Shown here: positions 26,374 to 29,984 of the stretch, piece by piece
Layout of the letters: every line of letters starts with the position of its first letter
Numbering within the stretch: position 1 is the stretch's first letter
NCBI GenBank assembly: GCA_018304505.1
Contig: JAGVWA010000010.1
Span: forward strand, 1 to 29,984
Source: Nanobdellati archaeon
GTDB lineage: Archaea > B1Sed10-29 > JAGVWA01
Direction: 5' to 3'
DNA length: 29,984 nucleotides
The notes under the pieces: generated by a model
Database searches by the model: none
Seen by the model: the letters and a program-made list of their open reading frames with translations, nothing else
Told to the model about the DNA's origin: nothing
Translations under genes and position numbers: made by a program

Positions 26374-26589
26374 ATGTGGCACAACATTCCTGACGCCCGA
26401 CGCGCTCCGAAACCACAAGACCAGACACGCATCGAGTGGGACGAATTCAAAATTATGGATCCCGAAATGTCGAGCTTCGCAGAACAGATGCAGGACTTCC
26501 CGAACTCGCTCATGGAAGACATCCTCAGAAGAGTTAACCAGCCGCCAACAACGGTTGTTGACAAAAGGCCAGGAGCAGGGGCGCGATAG
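26374..26589 (+). CDS. Small hypothetical protein, MW-start #5 (71 aa)
   Basis: Begins MWHNIP; ungapped similarity to the preceding ORF. Confidence 0.7.
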   Translation: MWHNIPDARRAPKPQDQTRIEWDEFKIMDPEMSSFAEQMQDFPNSLMEDILRRVNQPPTTVVDKRPGAGAR

Positions 26590-26625
26590 CTATGCGGGAA
26601 AACAAACCCACGCACAAACCAGCAC

Positions 26626-26637
26626 AAAGCTTATAAA
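26626..26637 (+). promoter_or_regulatory. BRE/TATA promoter of the rpl3 operon
   Basis: AAAGCTTATAAA. Confidence 0.65.
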
Positions 26638-26679
26638 GGGCATTTCATCCAAGATAGCTACAGTATTTTTTTAAATACG

Positions 26680-26759
26680 AAATTTACGGGTCTAGTACGC
26701 CCAACTGTCCCAAAAAGACAGGGCGCGCGATGAAGACGCATGTACAAGATTCCAAATTT
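26680..26759 (+). promoter_or_regulatory. Candidate structured 5' leader of the rpl3 operon
   Basis: An outer stem GGGTCTAGTAC/GTACAAGATTCC encloses hairpins GCC..CTGTC/GACAGGGC and GCG-ATGAAGA-CGC. Confidence 0.5.
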
Positions 26760-26773
26760 TACCGTGAACAAAA

Positions 26774-27763
26774 ATGGTAAGAATAAGTTGGCCAAGGCGA
26801 GGCAGCCTTGCGTTCTACCCACGAAAGAAAGCCAAAAGGCAACACCCCCAGTTACGCAGCGTTAAAAAAACAGGTGAAGCAAAGCCGGGCTACTTCCTGG
26901 GATACAAGGCAGGAATGAGCCACGTCCTGGCTGTTGACACGTACGAGAAGTCACCTAGCTACGGCCAAACCATATCCCTTCCAGTCACATTCATTGAGTG
27001 CCCGGAAAACAGGGTAATCGGCATCAAGGCTTACACCCAGAGGCCTGAAGGCACACTCAATTTCACGACCCTCTACACAGAAAAACAGGACAAGGAAATC
27101 ACGAGAAAGACAAAGGCCGCAAAAAACAGCAAACCTGACGAAGTGAGAAAGAAGATCCAGGACAACCTCCCAAAGATACAGGAAATCAGGCTCATCGTGG
27201 AAACGCAGCCAAAGAAAATCATGCTCAAGAAGACACCGGAAATAATCGAGGTGCCATTCACGACCGAGAAAGTGGAAGACCAATGGGCCAAAGCCCAGGA
27301 ACTGCTCGGCAAGGAAATCAAGGTCTCTGAGGTGCTGCAAGAAGGCACATATCTTGACACGACATCAATAACAACTGGCCGCGGAACCGAAGGTCCGCTA
27401 AGACGATTCGGCCTAAAGAGGCAGAGGCACAAGGCGAAAGGGCACATAAGAAACCCAGGGTCTATAGGGGCATGGCACCCGGCTCGCGTTTTATGGACAG
27501 TCGCGATGACTGGGCAAAAGGGATATCAGCGACGCACCGAGTTAAATAAGCGCCTGCTCAAGATATCAGACAAACCAGAAGACGCAAACCCCGTTTCTGG
27601 CTTCAGAAGCTATGGAACGCTGAAAACAGACTACCTAATAATCAAAGGCTCAATAGGCGGGCCAAAGAAACGCCTAATAGCACTCAGGCCAGCGCTGAGG
27701 GAAAAACATGCAACCCCAATGCCTGAAATAAAATCAATATCCACAATAGCACAAAACAGATGA
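26774..27763 (+). CDS. rpl3: 50S ribosomal protein L3
   Basis: PRRGSLAFYPRK, GYKAGMSH, GSIGAWHPARV and RTELNKR. Confidence 0.98.
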   Translation: MVRISWPRRGSLAFYPRKKAKRQHPQLRSVKKTGEAKPGYFLGYKAGMSHVLAVDTYEKSPSYGQTISLPVTFIECPENRVIGIKAYTQRPEGTLNFTTLYTEKQDKEITRKTKAAKNSKPDEVRKKIQDNLPKIQEIRLIVETQPKKIMLKKTPEIIEVPFTTEKVEDQWAKAQELLGKEIKVSEVLQEGTYLDTTSITTGRGTEGPLRRFGLKRQRHKAKGHIRNPGSIGAWHPARVLWTVAMTGQKGYQRRTELNKRLLKISDKPEDANPVSGFRSYGTLKTDYLIIKGSIGGPKKRLIALRPALREKHATPMPEIKSISTIAQNR

Positions 27764-28569
27764 TGCGAATGAAGGCCAAGGTACTAGCAATCGATGGGAC
27801 CAAGAGCAAGGAGATCTCCCTGCCAGACATATTCAACGAAGACTTTAGGCCCGACTTAATTCGCAGGGCAAGCCTCGCGCTGCGCTCCGGCGCGTATCAG
27901 GCGCAGGGCGTAGACCCAGACGCCGGCTTCAGGACAAGCGCAGCGTTCTTCGGAAGGCGAAAAAAGGTATTCAGGACAACAAACAACCGAGGCATATCCC
28001 GGCTGCCACGGGTGAAACTCTCTGGTGGGGGCCTTGGCGAGGTACGAAGGGTCCCGCAATCCAAAGGAGGCAGGACTGCACACCCACCGAAGATCGACAA
28101 GATCCTTGTTGAAAAAATCAACGACAAGGAAAGAAAAAGAGCAATAAGGAGCGCTATTGCCGCGACAATAAACCACGAGCTGGTGATAAAACGTGGCCAC
28201 AAAATAGGGCACCTGAAGGAATTGCCGCTGGTGCTGGAAGACAAGTTCAATGACCTGAAAAAAACAAAAGACGTACTCGAAGTGCTAAAAAAGCTCCAAC
28301 TAGAAGCAGAACTTGCGAGGGGGGCAACGGTAACAATAAGGGCAGGCCGCGGAACAATGAGGGGGCGGCCATACAGAAGAAAACGCGCAGGCCTCATCGT
28401 GACTGACAAGGAATCGGGGCTCTTCAAGGCCCTGAAAAACATTCCCGGCTTCGAGATCAGGGTTGCAAAGGACCTAAACGCAGACATACTAGCCCCTGGT
28501 GGAGACGCAGGCAGGCTAACGATATACACCGAGTCCTCGATATCCCAACTAGAAAAAATGTTCCGATAA
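27760..28569 (+). CDS. rpl4: 50S ribosomal protein L4
   Basis: RPDLIRRA, GGRTAHPP, RAGRGTMRGR and LAPGGDAGRLT. The start may be 27769. Confidence 0.98.
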   Translation: MMRMKAKVLAIDGTKSKEISLPDIFNEDFRPDLIRRASLALRSGAYQAQGVDPDAGFRTSAAFFGRRKKVFRTTNNRGISRLPRVKLSGGGLGEVRRVPQSKGGRTAHPPKIDKILVEKINDKERKRAIRSAIAATINHELVIKRGHKIGHLKELPLVLEDKFNDLKKTKDVLEVLKKLQLEAELARGATVTIRAGRGTMRGRPYRRKRAGLIVTDKESGLFKALKNIPGFEIRVAKDLNADILAPGGDAGRLTIYTESSISQLEKMFR

Positions 28570-28617
28570 TTCCGATGATATAATGTAATGTTCACAGTAA
28601 CGTTCAGATGATGCACA

Positions 28618-28863
28618 ATGATCCAATACCCACTGCTAACCGAAAAAGCGATAGGCGCAATAGAAAAACAGAATCAGCTAGTGTTCATTGTTGATGACAA
28701 AATGACAAAGGACCAGATAAAAAAGGACATCGAGGCGCTGTACAGCGTCAAGGTACAGCGAATAAACACCCTGAATTCAATGAGGGGAAAGAAAAAAGCC
28801 TTTGTCAAGCTACGCAAGGAAAGCAACGCAGGGGACCTCGCAACCAAACTGAAGATAATGTAA
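28618..28863 (+). CDS. rpl23: 50S ribosomal protein L23
   Basis: PLLTEKA, LVFIVD and KKAFVKL. Confidence 0.97.
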   Translation: MIQYPLLTEKAIGAIEKQNQLVFIVDDKMTKDQIKKDIEALYSVKVQRINTLNSMRGKKKAFVKLRKESNAGDLATKLKIM

Positions 28864-28898
28864 TTAATGTAATGAAATAAATTGACTGAAGTGATTGA

Positions 28899-29609
28899 AT
28901 GGGAAGACCACTAATATCGCAACGCCGAGGAAAGGGCTCGCCTAGCTTCAAGGCGCCATCACACCACTTCAAGGCAAGGTCAAGATACGGAGACACAGTT
29001 GCAGATAGAAAAATCGCGCAGGTGACAAAATTCATCGATGACCCATCAAGAACCGCAGTCCTCACACAACTTACGTATGCAGACCAAACAACAACCATGA
29101 TACCAGCAGCAGAGGGCCTCAAGATCAATGACCTAATAGAAGAAGGCGCAACAGCAGGGCATGGAATCGGGCACATCCTTCCCCTGAGCAGCATACCCGA
29201 GGGCACACCAATATTCAACATAGAGCTAAGAGCGGGCGACGGAGGAAAGCTCGTAAGATCCTCAGGATCAGCGGCATACCTTGTAAGCAAGGAACAAAAC
29301 AAGGCATCTGTAAAGCTCCCGTCTGGAAAGCTCAAATACTTCCCGCTGAACGTAAGGGCCACACTTGGCATTGTCGCCGGCGGCGGACGAGTAGAAAAAC
29401 CCCTCCTGAAAGCAGGAAATGCCCATTATAAACACAAGGCCAAAGGGCAGTGGTACCCAACAGTCCGGGGCGTGAAAATGAACCCTGTCGAACACCCATT
29501 CGGTGGAACACAGCACCACGGCTCTAAAACAAAGAAGGGCAAGGGCGGATCCCCGGGACAACATGTCGGCTCATTCGGGGCAAGCAGAACCGGAAGAAAG
29601 AAACGCTAA
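28899..29609 (+). CDS. rpl2: 50S ribosomal protein L2
   Basis: QRRGKG, VKLPSG and VRGVKMNPVEHPFGG. Confidence 0.98.
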   Translation: MGRPLISQRRGKGSPSFKAPSHHFKARSRYGDTVADRKIAQVTKFIDDPSRTAVLTQLTYADQTTTMIPAAEGLKINDLIEEGATAGHGIGHILPLSSIPEGTPIFNIELRAGDGGKLVRSSGSAAYLVSKEQNKASVKLPSGKLKYFPLNVRATLGIVAGGGRVEKPLLKAGNAHYKHKAKGQWYPTVRGVKMNPVEHPFGGTQHHGSKTKKGKGGSPGQHVGSFGASRTGRKKR

Positions 29610-29622
29610 ATAAAGTGATCGC

Positions 29623-29984
29623 ATGGCAAAGAAACAATTTACATTCTATGGCAAGGAAACCGAGGCTCTAAAGCAAATGAAGCTTGAAGAGTTCGCGCAG
29701 CTGCTGCCGAGCAGGCATAGAAGGTCAATAAAAAGGGGCCTAACAGCAGAACAGCAATCCCTGCTGAAAATCCTACAACACAAAAAGAGCGAAAAACCCC
29801 TGAGGACACACGTGCGGGACATGGTCATAGTTCCAGAAATGCTAGACAGAAGAATCGCAGTATACAACGGCAAGGAATGGAACATCCTAACGATAATACC
29901 AGAGATGCTGGGCCACTACCTAGGCGAGTTCAGCCTCACACGAAAGAACGTAAAGCACTCTGGCCCAGGAATAGGCGCAACACG
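29623..29984 (+). CDS. rps19: 30S ribosomal protein S19, 3'-partial (absent from the ORF track)
   Basis: MAKKQFTFYG...RTHVRDMVIVPEM...YNGKEW...PEMLGHYLGEFSLTRKNVKHSGPGIGAT runs off the window end. Confidence 0.97.
   Translation, partial: MAKKQFTFYGKETEALKQMKLEEFAQLLPSRHRRSIKRGLTAEQQSLLKILQHKKSEKPLRTHVRDMVIVPEMLDRRIAVYNGKEWNILTIIPEMLGHYLGEFSLTRKNVKHSGPGIGAT

Overview
This is an archaeal chromosome segment, most likely from a DPANN-type lineage. The indicators are split rpoB''/B' and rpoA'/A'', EF-2/EF-1A, BRE-TATA promoters, intron-containing tRNAs and divergent S7/S12; the taxonomy is inference. 1-7.9 kb is an accessory, tRNA-studded region. It holds the 3' end of a very A/C-skewed orphan gene, a box C/D sRNA, pyrF, and tRNA-Thr (D-loop intron), tRNA-Pro (intron, A37), tRNA-Tyr (intron) and tRNA-Asp. 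It also holds a GNAT with a convergent unannotated micro-ORF, an AbrB remnant, two HicB-HicA pairs whose toxins both look disrupted, a half-size MFS, a Cys/His-rich exported protein, and a two-gene cassette bracketed by an exact 99-bp direct repeat. 7.9-21.3 kb is the core rpoH-B''-B'-A'-A''-L30e-nusA-S12-S7-EF2-EF1A-S10 cluster. 21.3-26.6 kb is a block with a SAM methyltransferase, archease, Nudix hydrolase, two orphans and RtcB. It is flanked on both sides by five small Pro/acidic-rich ORFs that begin Met-Trp (one Ile-Trp) and share motifs, which is the best candidate for an undescribed system. 26.7-30 kb is a structured leader followed by L3-L4-L23-L2-S19 (partial). All calls come from motif recognition by eye; no searches were run.
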